A stretch of 64,000 nt of DNA from Curvularia clavata. Taxonomy: Eukaryota. Below, one piece after another: positions 37,747 to 50,976 of this stretch. The notes beneath the pieces were generated by a model, which saw only the letters and a program-made list of their open reading frames with translations, was not told where the DNA came from and did no database searches. The stretch spans positions 3,720,001 to 3,784,000 of the forward strand of contig CP089276.1 of the NCBI GenBank assembly GCA_023920165.1, read 5' to 3'. A program made the position numbers and the translations under genes. Numbering within the stretch: position 1 is the first letter of the stretch; the number at the start of each line of letters is the position of its first letter.

Positions 37747-38859
37747 ACAATGTTGTTTTGGAGATTGGAAAAGGGGGGTAATCGATTAAAAGTCGAGGAC
37801 CTGAAGTAGTACTCTCTTTTGAGGCTTTCATAGCTAAATAAACTTCTTCTATCCCTACATCGCTCTTTGCATTTCAGAAGTCGGATTGTGATGTTAGTGA
37901 AAAGAAAAACGCTAAAATGTAATGAGAGTAAAGTGAGAGCCCAGGAACAAGGACGGAAGAGTGCTGGAAATCATTATTATTTTTTCATCTACATAAACTA
38001 ACAATCACCCATTACCACCAATTCGCCTGCCTCCCCTCCCATGCATCTCCGGCCCTGTCCGTTCATTTGTTCTGAAGAAAACACGGACTACAGAGAGAAA
38101 GACATGACTAAATCTCTCATCCAGGCAGAAAAGACGAATAGGAGGGGCTCGCTAAATCTCCCAGGGCCGCAATTCTGTTTGTTTCTGTTTGCCTCTTTCC
38201 CGAAAAAATAAATAAATAGAGAAGACCGGGAAAGTCTGATAAGTTAGAGAATATGAGCAATGCAAATGCACAATTCTCAAACACAGAAAAGAACCCAGCT
38301 TCACCAATCTCAAGAACTTTCAGTTCCAAAGAGAGGAGCAGCAATGGTGTCGGTGGGAGAGGGAAAGGGTGGGGGGCAACTCCAAACGCCCAGTCCTTTT
38401 TTTTTGTTCTTGCTCTCTGAATTTTTTTGTTTCGCTGCCACCCAGATGCAAAGAAACGGGAATTAGAAGCAGAAGAAGACGCAAGTAAGATGGAGACCTT
38501 GGTTCGGAAGGGGGTATCGATGCTTACAATCCTGGAAAGACAAATGGGGAGAGAGACAGTCGAGCTTCCTTGCGCGTGCCGCGTGTTGTTTTTGTGCACC
38601 AGAAGTGACTGCTTACCGACAGAAAGAAGGACCGAAAAGTGTATACATGAATGGATGTATATATACTTTTGATCAACCTCTTTCAAAGCGGATAATGAGG
38701 GGGGAGGATGAAGGGAAAGAGTGCACAAGAGGGGCACATCGTTTGCTGTTGTATTCAAAAGTCAGTAGAGGGCGAGGGTGCGCGCAACTACCATGTCGGG
38801 AAGACCCGAATGAAAGATGCGCATAAGCTGTCATCTACACACTTATGGTGATACTCATT

Positions 38860-41800
38860 TCACAAGTTGACAACCCGGGTGTCATCGTTGAGAAATTGGC
38901 GGCGGTATCGCGCTATCTCCTCGGCAATGCCGTTTGGATCTTTGATGTTTCGCTGGCGAAGCTCTTTGAGTACGCCACGGAGACCGTCATTCCACCTCTG
39001 CTTTTCTTCAGACGTCTTGCCTGGGTTTGCTGTTCCCAGCTGGAGAAGTAGCTTGTCACCTGTACAAAAATCTAGTCAGTCTGCGTACAATGGAGGGGAG
39101 AAGCAATGACCAATGCCAGAAAATCCTTTGTTCAACAACGCACCAGTGATAATCGCGTCCCTGAAATGCTGTGCAGGGCATTCAGGGTAAGTGCAAGTGC
39201 CACCTTCTACCTCGGTTTGGCAGAATGGTGTATCAGGGTCTATCTGGTGGCTAAATGTCGTGGACAGGAAACCTCCAGGCACATCTTGCAGATAATTTGG
39301 ATGATAGCGATATGACTTGAACATTCGAAGCGGACTTTCGTACGGCTTGAATTGGGGCGGTTCATCATCAACTTTCTCCTCAGGTGTGGGCTCCTACTCT
39401 GTGTTAGCCAAGTTTCCGAAGGGGTGATACTACATACAGGTTCCACAACGTCCACTACCGATATTGTCCTCGGTTGCAATTCGGGTGCTAGATCATCAGC
39501 AATGTTAGTGACCGGACGGACAGGATTGATCCTAGAAGCAGTATTGTCCGCTTCAGAGCCAGAATCAGATTCTTCGTCCGAATCTGAATCCGAGTCGTCT
39601 GAGCTGTCGTCTGACGATGAAGCAATGTCCATGGCGCCATCCTCTGCTTCAGTTTGGCCTGCTTGTGGAAGAGTGTCCAATGGAGGGGCCTCGGCTTGCA
39701 CATCAATCATTTCCTGATCAGCGTCGGGTGGTTCGTAAGCCTCCTCATCCTCTGCAGAGCTATGCGATGCAGATGCAGGTGGAACACTCATCTGGGTGTT
39801 CTGGGCTTCCGCTGTTGAAGCATCCCTCACAACCGTGTGCTCCTCTGGGTCATATTCTGGCTCATATTCTTCCTCATCCTCGCCATCCTCACCTTCGGAA
39901 ACGGACATCTCGACCTCTCCTTCTTCTGACGGGGAAGGTACGGTGACTGGTTCAGTCGTCGCTGAAGCATCAAGCTGGACGACGTCACCGTTTTTAGCTG
40001 GGGGCGGAGCATCGTAGAAATCCTCACCCATATCTCCATCAGACACAGCGGCTGAACTCTGCGACCTAGACACTCTAGCGTCATTGTCTTCGGCTGTATG
40101 GATGGTGCCATTCGCATTGGATGTCATTTCCGGTTTCGAGGGCAGGCTGACCTGGTTCGTGCTAGGCGGAGTCTGGTGCTGAGCTTGCGAGGTACTCTGT
40201 CCAAGGCCCGGAAGCGTGGCGTATCCTTGAGGAGGCTGGCTTGGGAGTGGTGGTCGATTGGGAAGGCCAGTCTTTGGGTTGCCCGTGATGCCTGCACCTG
40301 AATTCTGATAGGATGGTCGCACAGGGAGGGGGTTTTTGTTTGCAGAGGATTGAGGGGCACTGTCCACACTTTGGGACTGGGCATTGGGTTGCGGAGACTG
40401 CTCACGCTCAATCTCATCTTTCTTGGCACGAAGTTCGGCATGAGACATGCCCTCTGTGTCGACACCAAGACTCTCCAATTCCTTTGTCAGCTGCTCCTTA
40501 TCTCTTGCAATCCTTTCGTTAAGTGCGGTCAATTGCTCCAATTCCTTTGCCAACTCCGCCATCCTGCTTGTATTGCTTGCTATTTCTGCATCCAAAGTGG
40601 GCAGTTTAGACTGAATTTCAGCGCGGCGAGATTGTGCAGTGTTTTTGGCGGTGGTTGTAGAAGGCTTAGTCGGGGTATGGTTTTGAGGCGGCAGTGCTGC
40701 TGTGGAAGCCTTCTGGGCCATGGGTGAAGAAGCAGCTGCAGCGGAAGCTATTCTATCTCTTTCACGCTTTTCAGCAAACTTTTTCTTGAGTGTCTCTCGC
40801 ATGACAGCCAGTTGTTTCTCTTTGTCGGCCAACTCTTTCTCCCGCGCAAGGGTGCTAGGTGTCTGTGGCCCAGGCGTACTACCAGCTGTGGTAGCAGACA
40901 GTACAGAGCCAGCGTGAGAGGCAAAGTTGGGCAGATTTCCAGGAGTCTGACGGGGTGTCTGAGTAATGGTGGGGGCCGGTGGATCGTCGTCAATGTCCAT
41001 GTCGCTACCATTGGATTCATCCTCGCTGACTTGCATTATCATGGAATCGTCTTCTGTCCGAGCATGAGAAGATCGGTCCAAGGGCGTAGTTGGTCCCTGC
41101 GAAGCTGGCACGTCTTTTCGTAAGGCATGTGTCTTCTGAGATACAGATGGCGAAGGTTGAGATACAGTAGGAGTGGCGGTGTTGGAGACCGGAGTAGAGT
41201 TCATAAAAAGACCAGGGATTCCAGTAAAAGATGGTGCGAAGCTTTGGTTTGTAGGAGTGGCCGAACCACCTGCAGCTGGTTCCGTGACCTGGGGCTGGTC
41301 TACTCTTTGGGAGGGACCAGATGACTGCCTGGCACCATTGCTGGCCCCGGCCGGCGCTTTTTGCCTCGCCTTGATTGCCTCTAACCGCTGCTTGATCAGT
41401 TCGGTATTCCTAGCCCTCTGCTCGTCTGTCACGGGTGGCTTGGCAGTGGGTGTGGTTGCAGGCTGAGGAGTCTGGGGCTTAGCGGGCATCGTTTGCTGTG
41501 CAGGGCTCACTGGTTTGGATGTTCCAGCCTGTTTCGCTGCCTTTGCGGCTTGTAGGCGGGCAATGTAATCCTTGCGATCACCTGGCGCAGTTGGTGATGC
41601 GATGGCCTTGGCTGAGGATGCGGGAATGGCACCTGTTTTGAGCGTGGGCATCGTACTGGGTTGTGGGGCAGCTGCTGGCTGAACGGCTGGCGCGCTCGAT
41701 GGCTTGGGCGGCAGAATGGGAGCGGGCTCAGAGGGCAGGTTCATGCTTTGATACAAGCCTCTGAGCAACTCGGGATCAAGCTTCTCATCCGCCAATGTAC

Positions 41801-42569
41801 GGTATGGGATGTTGTTGCTGTGCAGAAGTTTGATGAATTGTTTCGCTGACTCGCGGTCCTGCTGTAGTTTCTCTACAAACGTCGGCTGGTTTTCCTGGGG
41901 CTGCCTTGTGGTCTCGTTGCTTGAGCCGTTGTGCTGGACAGCAGGAGCAGGAGCAGGAGCAGGAGGGGGTCTGCCGTTCACCTTGGCTGGCGGAGGTGGT
42001 TGAGATACGTCAGTCTCGCTTACCTCACCGTCCTCGCGGTCGCTGTCCATAATTTTCTGTATGCGCTGGTGGGCAGGAATGGGCGCAGGCGCAGGCGCGG
42101 ATGCGGTTTGTTGAGGTTGAGGTGGAGCAGGTGGATGTGTAGGTCGCTGGGCAAAGGGCGGCGGGAAGTGTGTGGGCAAGGCGAGGTTCTGCGGAGTCTG
42201 GGGAAGCGACGGGGGAGGGAAGCCCATGGGAGCAAACGGCGGCGGGGGCAGGTTGGGTGGAGGGAATGCGCCATTCTGGAAGAGGGCCCACAGATTGGCG
42301 TCGGGAGGCAGTTGGGGTGGCCAGGAAGCTGGGCATTGTGTAAGTATAGCGGAATCTAAGATATTTTGGCCAGGAGGAGGCGACTCACGCGCTGGGGGTG
42401 GGGGCTGCTGGCCGTTCTGTGTATACGCATTGAAGTTGATGCCGGGCAGTTGTTGCAGCAGAGGAGCGCCGCGCTGTTCTTCTGGCGGCGCGCCTTGGGG
42501 CGGATGGAACTGGGGCGGAGGAAAGCCATTGGGAAAGCCGTAGAACGGCTGCGAGTAGTTGTTGGCCAT
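38860..42569 (-). CDS. Large Pro-rich protein with C-terminal zf-C3H1 domain, Red1-like (MTREC/NURS RNA surveillance); introns about 42329-42388, 39394-39437 and 39060-39142
   Basis: DREDGEV and EEGEV motifs, low-complexity middle, then YESPLRMFKSYRYHP...HQIDPD.PFC..E..GG.C..P.C..QHF (zf-C3H1) and a C-terminal helical domain. Confidence 0.75.
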
Positions 42570-43052
42570 GACCGAGTGCAGCAGCGACGGACTGGAGCTC
42601 TACGCGTCTTGTAGCACGCAAGTTCTAGCGTCAACGCATGGATCCGAGGCGGCGGCGGCGAGGATGGTGATGACGGCGAAGGTAGGTGAGAGCAGAGATG
42701 GGTTGCGCAGATGGGCGGGACGGGTGAAAGGGATTCGTTCGGCGTCGCAGCGATGGAGCCTTTGCGCAGGCAGTGTCGTTAAAGCCAAGAAGTGAATGTC
42801 AATTTCGCGACGGGCTGGGGCGCTGCGGAGAGCACGTGACCATGCGGCCGCACGCGCAGCGCGAGTCAGCAAGGCGGGTGGTGTGGCTGAGTGTGGCTGA
42901 ATGTGGCTTCTAGTGTGGCACGTTGCTAGGGGCAGGCTGCTGTGGTTGTTTACGACGGGCGGTAGCGCATGCACCCGCCAATCTGCACATTCGCTCTCCA
43001 CCAACTTCCCCAGAGGCAGGCCGTGCGTTGTTGTGCTTCCGTCCCACACTCC

Positions 43053-43113
43053 CTGCATTCTGCATTCTGCTTTCTGCATTCTGCTTTCTGCATTCTGCAT
43101 TCTGCTTCTTGCA
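43053..43113. repeat. Heptanucleotide tandem repeat (TTCTGCA/TTCTGCT)n, about 8 copies, in the divergent promoter
   Basis: Seen directly: CTGCATTCTGCATTCTGCTTTCTGCATTCTGCTTTCTGCATTCTGCATTCTGC. Confidence 0.85.
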
Positions 43114-43194
43114 TCCAGCACTGTGGTTACATACAATGTCTGGGACATAACCCTCTAGCACCCACCGCCATATACCTCCGCCGACACCTCCGCC

Positions 43195-46100
43195 ATGAGC
43201 GCGCCGGCGCCCAATGGCCGCCCTTTCGCGCGCAACTCGCGCAACAGCCCGTTTGCCAGGAACGCCTCCATATCTGCTCCTGGCCAGAACCCTTCAAACC
43301 GTCCGCACTCCGCCCTCATCTCCTCGCCGCTGGCCGAAGCGGAACCCGCCATGGGACACTTACGCCACCGCTCCCTCACCAACCTCAGCTCCCCCACCCT
43401 CGGCCGTAGCGACACAGCACGCTCACGTTCCAACTCGCATCGTAACAGCACACATGGCGGCACCTTTGCACCCCAGTTCATCTCCGAAGATGACAACGAG
43501 GCTCCCCGTTTAGGTGGAATCGTAGAGGGTGAGAACGACTTCTCCGGCAAACGCTATGTCTGGCTCAGAGATCCGGTCACGGCTTTCGTCCGAGGCTGGG
43601 TCGTAGAAGATCTCCCCGAGGGAAAGATACTGGTGCAATGTGACAATGGTACCCAGCAAGAGGTCGATGCCGATGCGATTGATAAGGTCAATCCGGCCAA
43701 GTTTGACAAAATCGACGACATGGCCGAACTCACACATCTCAACGAGCCCTCAGTTATCCACAACCTACACATGCGTTACCAGGCCGACCTGATATACGTA
43801 CGTTCTGCTTGCCTCGTGACTGTAGTATTGTGCTAACATCTTGTAGACGTACTCCGGCCTGTTCCTGGTCACAGTGAACCCATATTGCCCACTGCCCATA
43901 TACTCAAGAGAGTACATCAACATGTATCGAGGACGGAGCAGAGAGGAGACCAAACCGCATATTTTTGCAATGGCTGACCACGCCTTTCGAAACCTCATTG
44001 AGGAGGGCACAAACCAGAGCATTCTCGTAACGTGAGTGAACACGCAACTTGTAAGAATACTGGCTAATCATTTGCAGGGGAGAGTCTGGTGCGGGCAAGA
44101 CAGAGAATACCAAGAAGGTCATCCAGTACCTGGCTGCAGTTGCCAATTCGGACACCCCGCACGTCAAGTCAGGAGGACGTCAGCTTTCCAACTTGTCTGA
44201 ACAGATCCTACGTGCCAACCCAATCCTCGAAGCATTCGGAAACGCGCAAACGGTGCGGAATAACAATTCGTCCCGTTTTGGAAAGTTTATCAGAATCGAG
44301 TTTTCACGGACCGGCCAGATCACTGGCGCATACATTGATTGGTACCTCTTGGAAAAGTCGAGAGTAGTGCGGCTCAACTCCAACGAGCGCAACTACCATG
44401 TCTTCTATCAACTGCTGCGCGGCGCGGACAGCAACATGAAACAGGAGTTCTACCTGGGCAACAAGGATACCGAGGATTTTGAATACACCAAGCGTGGAAA
44501 CGACGTCATTTCTGGTGTCTCAGATCCCGAGGAATGGAATGGCTTGATTGAGGCCTTCCATGTCATGGGCTTCAGTGACAAGGAGCAATTTGCCATTCTG
44601 AAGACCGTTGCCGCAGTCCTCCACCTAGGAAACATTCGTGCGATAAAGGAGAGCCGACGAGCAGACCAAGCAACCTTGGACCTTGCAGCTGAACAGCACG
44701 CTCAGATTGTTGCGCAATTGCTCGGCATCTCTGTGGAGGATTTCATCAAAGCGCTTCTGCATCCTCGAGTAAAAGCTGGTAGAGAATGGGTCGAGAAGGT
44801 CCAGACGCCGGAGCAGGTCAACCTCGCCATTGACGCACTCGCCAAAGGTATATACGAGCGTGGCTTCGGCGATCTCGTTGACCGCATCAATCGGCAGCTG
44901 GACCAGACTGGTGCTGGTGCAGACGACTCGCACTTTATTGGTGTACTCGATATTGCTGGTTTCGAAATCTTTGACGAGAACAGCTTCGAACAGTTGTGCA
45001 TCAACTACACAAACGAGAAACTGCAGCAGTTTTTCAATCACCACATGTTCGTCTTAGAACAAGAAGAGTACGCCCGGGAGCAGATAGAGTGGAAGTTCAT
45101 CGACTTTGGGCGTGACCTCCAGCCCACAATCGACCTCATCGAACTGTCAAACCCCATTGGAATCTTCTCCTGTCTAGACGAAGACTGCGTCATGCCCAAG
45201 GCCACTGACAAGAGCTTCACAGATAAGCTGCATTCCCTGTGGGACCGCAAGAGTACGAAATATAAACGGTCACTTCTGACCCAAGGCTTTGTTCTCACAC
45301 ACTACGCTGCTGAGGTAGAGTACTCGACTGAGAATTGGCTGGAAAAGAACAAGGACCCACTCAATGACAATGTCACTCGACTCTTAGCAGCTTCTTCGGA
45401 CAAGCAGGTTGCGAATCTCTTCGCAGATTGTGCTGATCCGGACGATGACCTCGGCGGAACCCGCAGTCGTGTCAAGAAAGGCCTCTTCCGAACAGTGGCC
45501 CAGCGCCACAAAGAGCAGCTATCAACACTGATGACCCAGCTTCACTCAACGCATCCCCACTTCGTTCGTTGCATTTTGCCAAACCACAAGAAGCGACCGA
45601 AGCAGTTTAGCGCGCCCCTCGTCCTGGATCAACTGCGTTGTAACGGTGTCTTGGAAGGAATCCGTATTGCACGTACAGGTTTCCCTAATCGATTGCCTTT
45701 TGTGGAATTCCGCCAAAGATACGAGGTGCTGTGCAAAGACCTTCCCAAGGGCTACGTTGAGGGTCAAGTAGCGGCAAGTATGATCCTTGACAAACTCAAC
45801 CTCGACCGTTCATTGTATCGCGTGGGTCTCACCAAAGTCTTCTTCCGAGCCGGCGTGCTTGCCGAGCTGGAGGACCAGCGAGATGCACTCATCCGCGATA
45901 TCATGATCCGCTTCCAATCTGCTGCTCGTGGTTTCGTTCAACGCCGCCAAGCTCACAAGCGCCTCTATCGTGCTGAAGCTACACGCATCATTCAGCGAAA
46001 TTTCCAGGTCTACCTTGACATGCAGGCCAATCCGTGGTGGAGGCTCTTCGCTCGTATGCGACCTATGCTTGGAGCAACCAGGCAGGCAGCTGAAGTCAAA

Positions 46101-49100
46101 AAGCGTGACGAGATGATTCAGCAGCTGGAAGCGAAGATGCAACAAGAGGCTGCAGAGAAGCAGCGGGTGGAAGATGAGCGAAGGCGTGCGGAATTGGATA
46201 TACAACGCATCCAGAAAACCTTGGAAAGTGAACGCGCTCTAGCACTCGACAAGGAGGAGATCTTCAAGCGCCTCCAATTGCGTGAGGCTGAGCTCGCTGA
46301 GAAGCTGGCTGGCGCAATCGAAGACCATGATCAGCTCGAGGACCAATTGGATGCTCTCATGGATGCTAAGAAGAGAACCGAAGAGGAGGCTGAGCACTTG
46401 CGCGCAGAGCTCGAACAAGCCGGACAAATTATCAGCCGACTTGAGAGCGAAGCACGAGAGCTGGAGGAGCAGAGCGCTCGGTTGGAAGAACAGATCAGAG
46501 AGCTTGAAGCCATCAGGTCGCAACGGACTGAAGCAGAGGAATCTTTAAGTCAGGAGGTGAAGATGCTCAAGAGCCACCTTTCTTTGAAGGAGCGAAAGCT
46601 TCAAGACCTTGAAGCAAAACTCCTGAAAACGGATCAGGACCTCGACATCAAGCTGGCAGCTTCACAGAGAGAAGTACAGGCAGGCAAAAAGCAGATCAAG
46701 GAGCTGCTCGATGAGAACCGACAAATTCGCCAGCAGATTGCAGACCTGTCCTCGACATCTACGAGCTATGAGGACCTCATCAGGCGCAAGGAAAGCGAAC
46801 TGGCGATCCTGAAGACTGACCTCAAGAACTACGAAAACGACCGCCGCTTGTTCGACGATGAGAAGCGGACACTGGCTTCCAAGCACGACAGCCTTCAGAG
46901 CCGACTCCGTGACGCAAATGCGGAGCTAGACGCTGTGCGCTCGCAGAAACAACAATTGGAGCGAGAGGCTGCCGACGCAAAGCGTCTTCTCGAGGAGAAG
47001 ATTTCCGAGGATGCTGAGTACAGCGAGAGCCGGAAGCTACTCGAGGAACAGATCGAGAGCCTCAAGGGCGAGCTCTTCACAGTACAAAAGGAGCTCAGTC
47101 GAGAGAGGCAGTCCCGCGATGACGTTGAGATGCTTGGTGAGCACAAATACGATACGCTCAAGCGTGACTATGATGCGCTGAACGAATCGAAAATCACCAT
47201 CGAGAAAGAGATGTATGCTCAGCAAGACGTCCTGCGACGAGCGACTGAATCGCGTGCGGCTCATGAAAGAGAGCGAAAAGAGTACCAGACGGAACTGCAT
47301 ACTCTGCGTGAAAAGTATTTGAAGCTTGAAGAGGAGAAACTCGACGCCGATGCTGAGGCGGAGCGCATCCAAGCCAAGCTAGCTCTGGAACGACAGGCTG
47401 CCCAGCAACACGAAATCGAGGCCAAGGACCAGCAGCTCGACCAACTGGAGGCGGAGCGCAACGACCTAGCTGAGCAGGTTCATAACTTGACTCAAATGCT
47501 GGCCGACTCTGACTCATTCAAAGAGCGCAACGATCAACAAAAAGAGCGCCTCGAACGCGAAATCGTCACAATCAAGGGACGGCTTACGGCATCGGAGAAT
47601 GACAACCGCGCACTTCTTAACAAGCTTCAACAGAAGAACTTGGACATTGCTCGTACCAACTCGAGGGCTGGAGATACGCAGCGTCTAAAGATCACCCAAC
47701 TTACACATGAGAAGTCCAAGGTTGAGGAGGATAACAAACGCCTCATGCGCCAACTCGAGGATGCCCAGGTTCACATTGCATCTTTGGAGAAGCAAAAGGA
47801 GAAACTCTCTCTGGATCTTGAGGATTTGAACCACGAGGTTGCAAGAGAACACAAGGCCAGCCGCAATGCAGAGAAGGCTTCATCAACAATCAATCTCCAG
47901 CTCGCCGAGGTGAACCGTAAGTTGGAGACAGAACGACAGCTTCGTACGCAAGCCCAAGCCAACACGCGTGCTGTTCAAACATCCCTCGATAACACGAACC
48001 TCGAGTTGGAAGAATGCCACAAACAGCTCATGCTTCTTCGTAAGGTCTTTGACCCAGAAGCAGCTGATGTCTCCATTACCTACGAAGCCGCGAAGCCAGA
48101 GATCGCCAAGACAGTCGATATTGCCGAGCGCCTTGAGTCTGTCAATCAAGCTCTGCGTGTGGCAGTAGAGCGGTACTCACGTGCTGAGGCTCAACTCGAA
48201 GAAGTCCGGGAGAGACATGAGGGTGAACTCAACGAATTGGATGCCCGCCATGCCAACTCGAAGCGTGCACTACTGGAAGAAATGAATAGCAACCAGGTCA
48301 ACCAAGCCAATGCTCGTCAAACACCAACGCATCACCGAAAAGACAGCGAGAACCGCCGGCCATTCTCAATCACAAACACACCTACCAACCAGCGACACAT
48401 GAGCAATGCAACCAACGACTCCGCGCGTTCAGACCGAACTGTCGACACTGTCACTATCAACAATCGCATGGACATGGCTGCCGAGCTTGAACAAGTACAG
48501 AACCAGTTGCAGATGTCGGAGATGCAGAACAAACATCTTCGATCCCAGCTCGAATCCTCACGAAACCGAACCGATTGGCAAGAGGAAAGCCCGTCCATCC
48601 GACGTGTTCAGAAACTGGAGCGTGAGAACTATCGCCTGCATGACATGCTTGATGATTCCGCAACCAAGGTGTCCGCGCTTGAGCACAGCCTTCGCTCTGG
48701 CCAACTCTCTTACCAGGAGGTCCAAACAAAGTCTCATGAGCAGTTGTTTGATCTTTTGAACTCACAGGAGCAGTCGCGCAAATCTATCGTACAGGCACAC
48801 AACAACGCCATCAACGAGCTTGCCGATGCGAAGACTGCTTTTGACGACATCAAGCAAACCAAGACAGCCTTGGAGTCAGAGCTTCGCGAGCTCCACCAAG
48901 AACTGGAGGAGATCACCAATGAGCGCGAGCAAGAGCACGCCAACCACAATCAGCTCCTCCAAGAGTTCGCTGACCTCCAAATCCGGTTGGACAACGAGAC
49001 CTCAACCCTTGTTGATGTGCAGTCAAGCCTGAACATGTACAAGAGCAGGGCTGATGAGTACTTCAACAAGCTTGAGCAAGCAGAACTTGCTGTTTTGAGA

Positions 49101-50629
49101 GCATCTCGTGCCGAGCAGTTCGCAAGGACTCAGGCGCGAGAAGCTGAGGAGACGTGTGCAACGATTATGGCTGAACGCAAGGAGATGGATGGTATGGTTG
49201 AGGACCTGCAACGACAGGTTCAACGATACGAGGAGCGTGTCGAAGATCTCTCCACGGACCTGGAGACCGCTCTGCAGGCCAAGAAGCGACTTCAAAACGA
49301 GCTTGAAGACTACAGGAGTCAGCACGCTCATGATGTCGAGGACAGCGAAACTTCGCTCGAGCAGACGAGGAAGAAGTACCAGAGCGAGCTCCAAGCGCTG
49401 ACTCAGGAGATTGACCAGGAGCGCGAGAACGTTATTCAAGTACGCGAAGAGAACGGACGTCTCCGCGAAGAAATCGAAGAACTGAGGAACAAGTGGGACG
49501 ACGAGGTTCTGAACTCGTCTACTTGGGCCAAGGAGAAGAGCCGGCTTGAGATGACTCTGCAGACTATTTCTGACTCGCGCGACGAGGCTGCCAACGCACA
49601 CAACGAGGCTCAATCCAAGATTGTCAGTCTGCTGTCACAGGTCCGTACACTACGCACCAATGTCGATGACCTCGCCGCAGAGCGTGATTCTGCTATCGAA
49701 GAGAAGAAGCGTCTTGAGGCCCGTCTTCAGGAGGCTGCAGATGCATTGGACGACCTTTCTCGTTCCGAGTCTCCGGCTACACGCAACGCCGCTGCTTACG
49801 ATCGCGACTTGCTGGAACTCAAATCTGGCCTTGCTCAGCAAGAAGACATTACTGCCGCTGCCGTCGGAAAGATGCGTCGTGCAGAGGCACTTGCGCAAGA
49901 ACTGCAGAAAGACATTGTCGCAGAGCGAGAAGCAAATGTCAAGCTCCACAAAGACAAGGCTGCGGTTGAGAAGAGCCTTAAGGACCTTCAACTCCGCATT
50001 GTGGATCTCGAGACAAAGGGTTACAGTGGGTCAGCCGGCAAGGATGTGCGCTTCCTACACGGGCGCATCCAAGAGGTATGTTCTCTTATTCGTTTGATGC
50101 ATTTACTTGTCCTAACATATATTTTTAGCTTGAAAAGGCTCTCGAAGACAGCGAGGCCACTCGTCTATCCGAATCTCGCAGTGTCCGCAATGTCGACCGA
50201 ACTGTCAAGGACCTGCAAACGCAGATCGAGCGTCGTGACAAGCAAAACGCCTCTGTCATGGAAGACCTCAACAAGTCTCGCGACAAGATCTCGAGCCTTC
50301 TTGCTACCATTGATGAGCTGCAGTCTTCCGACTCTACAAATCAACTCGCCGCTAAGCGTGCCGAGCGCGAACTCCGCGAAGAACGTGAGAAGAATCTGCG
50401 TCTTGAGCGTGAACTCGAAGGCTGGAAAAACCTGCGCGTCGAGCGCCGCAGCACCCTGGGTATTCCCGCAGCCCCCGGTAGCGATGCTGGTGACAGCCGT
50501 TCCAGGAGAGGAAGTTCCATTGGCCTGTTGATGGGCGAGATGGGCGAGATGCCCGCAAACGACAAGGGCAAATATGGTAGTCTTCGATCAAACCTACGTC
50601 GCGTCAGCGGTCAGAAGGGTTTTTTGTAG
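43195..50629 (+). CDS. MYO2: Myosin type II heavy chain (cytokinesis/septation); introns 43798-43846, 44032-44077 and 50076-50128
   Basis: SH3-like N-domain, GESGAGKTENTKK P-loop, NNNSSRFGKF, DIAGFE, QLRCNGVLEGIRI, an IQ region, a very long coiled-coil tail and the C-terminus KGFL. Confidence 0.95.
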
Positions 50630-50698
50630 TTGATGGGATCTCTGAGGGGCGGGGAGTATGGAGGTCCCGGTATCCTTTATTGAAGCTAAGTCCGCCAG

Positions 50699-50976
50699 CC
50701 GAAGCAGAAGAGGACTTAGCAACGAGAGCAGTTGTTAATGACGGTAACGGCAATATTGTCGAGGAGGTGGAATTGGACTCGGATGAATACGCTAGCTTGG
50801 CGGACGCGGTTGGAAATCATGCTGCTCAGGATGGTGCCGACCGCGCTGACAAGATGGATTTTGAAATCACGGATGACGAGGGGAGTCAGCCTGGCGATGA
50901 TGGTGACAGTGCCGTCGGTGGTATCAAGCGGAAAAGGACTATCCGTGTTGTCATTCGGTCCAGGGCATTTTTGTAA
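50699..50976 (+). CDS. Candidate alternative terminal exon of myosin II (acidic about 92-aa tail ending RSRAFL)
   Basis: GCTAAG branch plus CCAG acceptor at 50698, in phase with the GTCAGA donor at 50610 in the last myosin exon. The frame is open and protein-like with no ATG start of its own (the ORF-track start is TTG). Confidence 0.5.

Noticed and set aside
38117..38758. 213-aa minus-strand ORF
   Set aside because: Low-complexity, U-rich and not protein-like. More likely the 3' UTR of the Red1-like gene.
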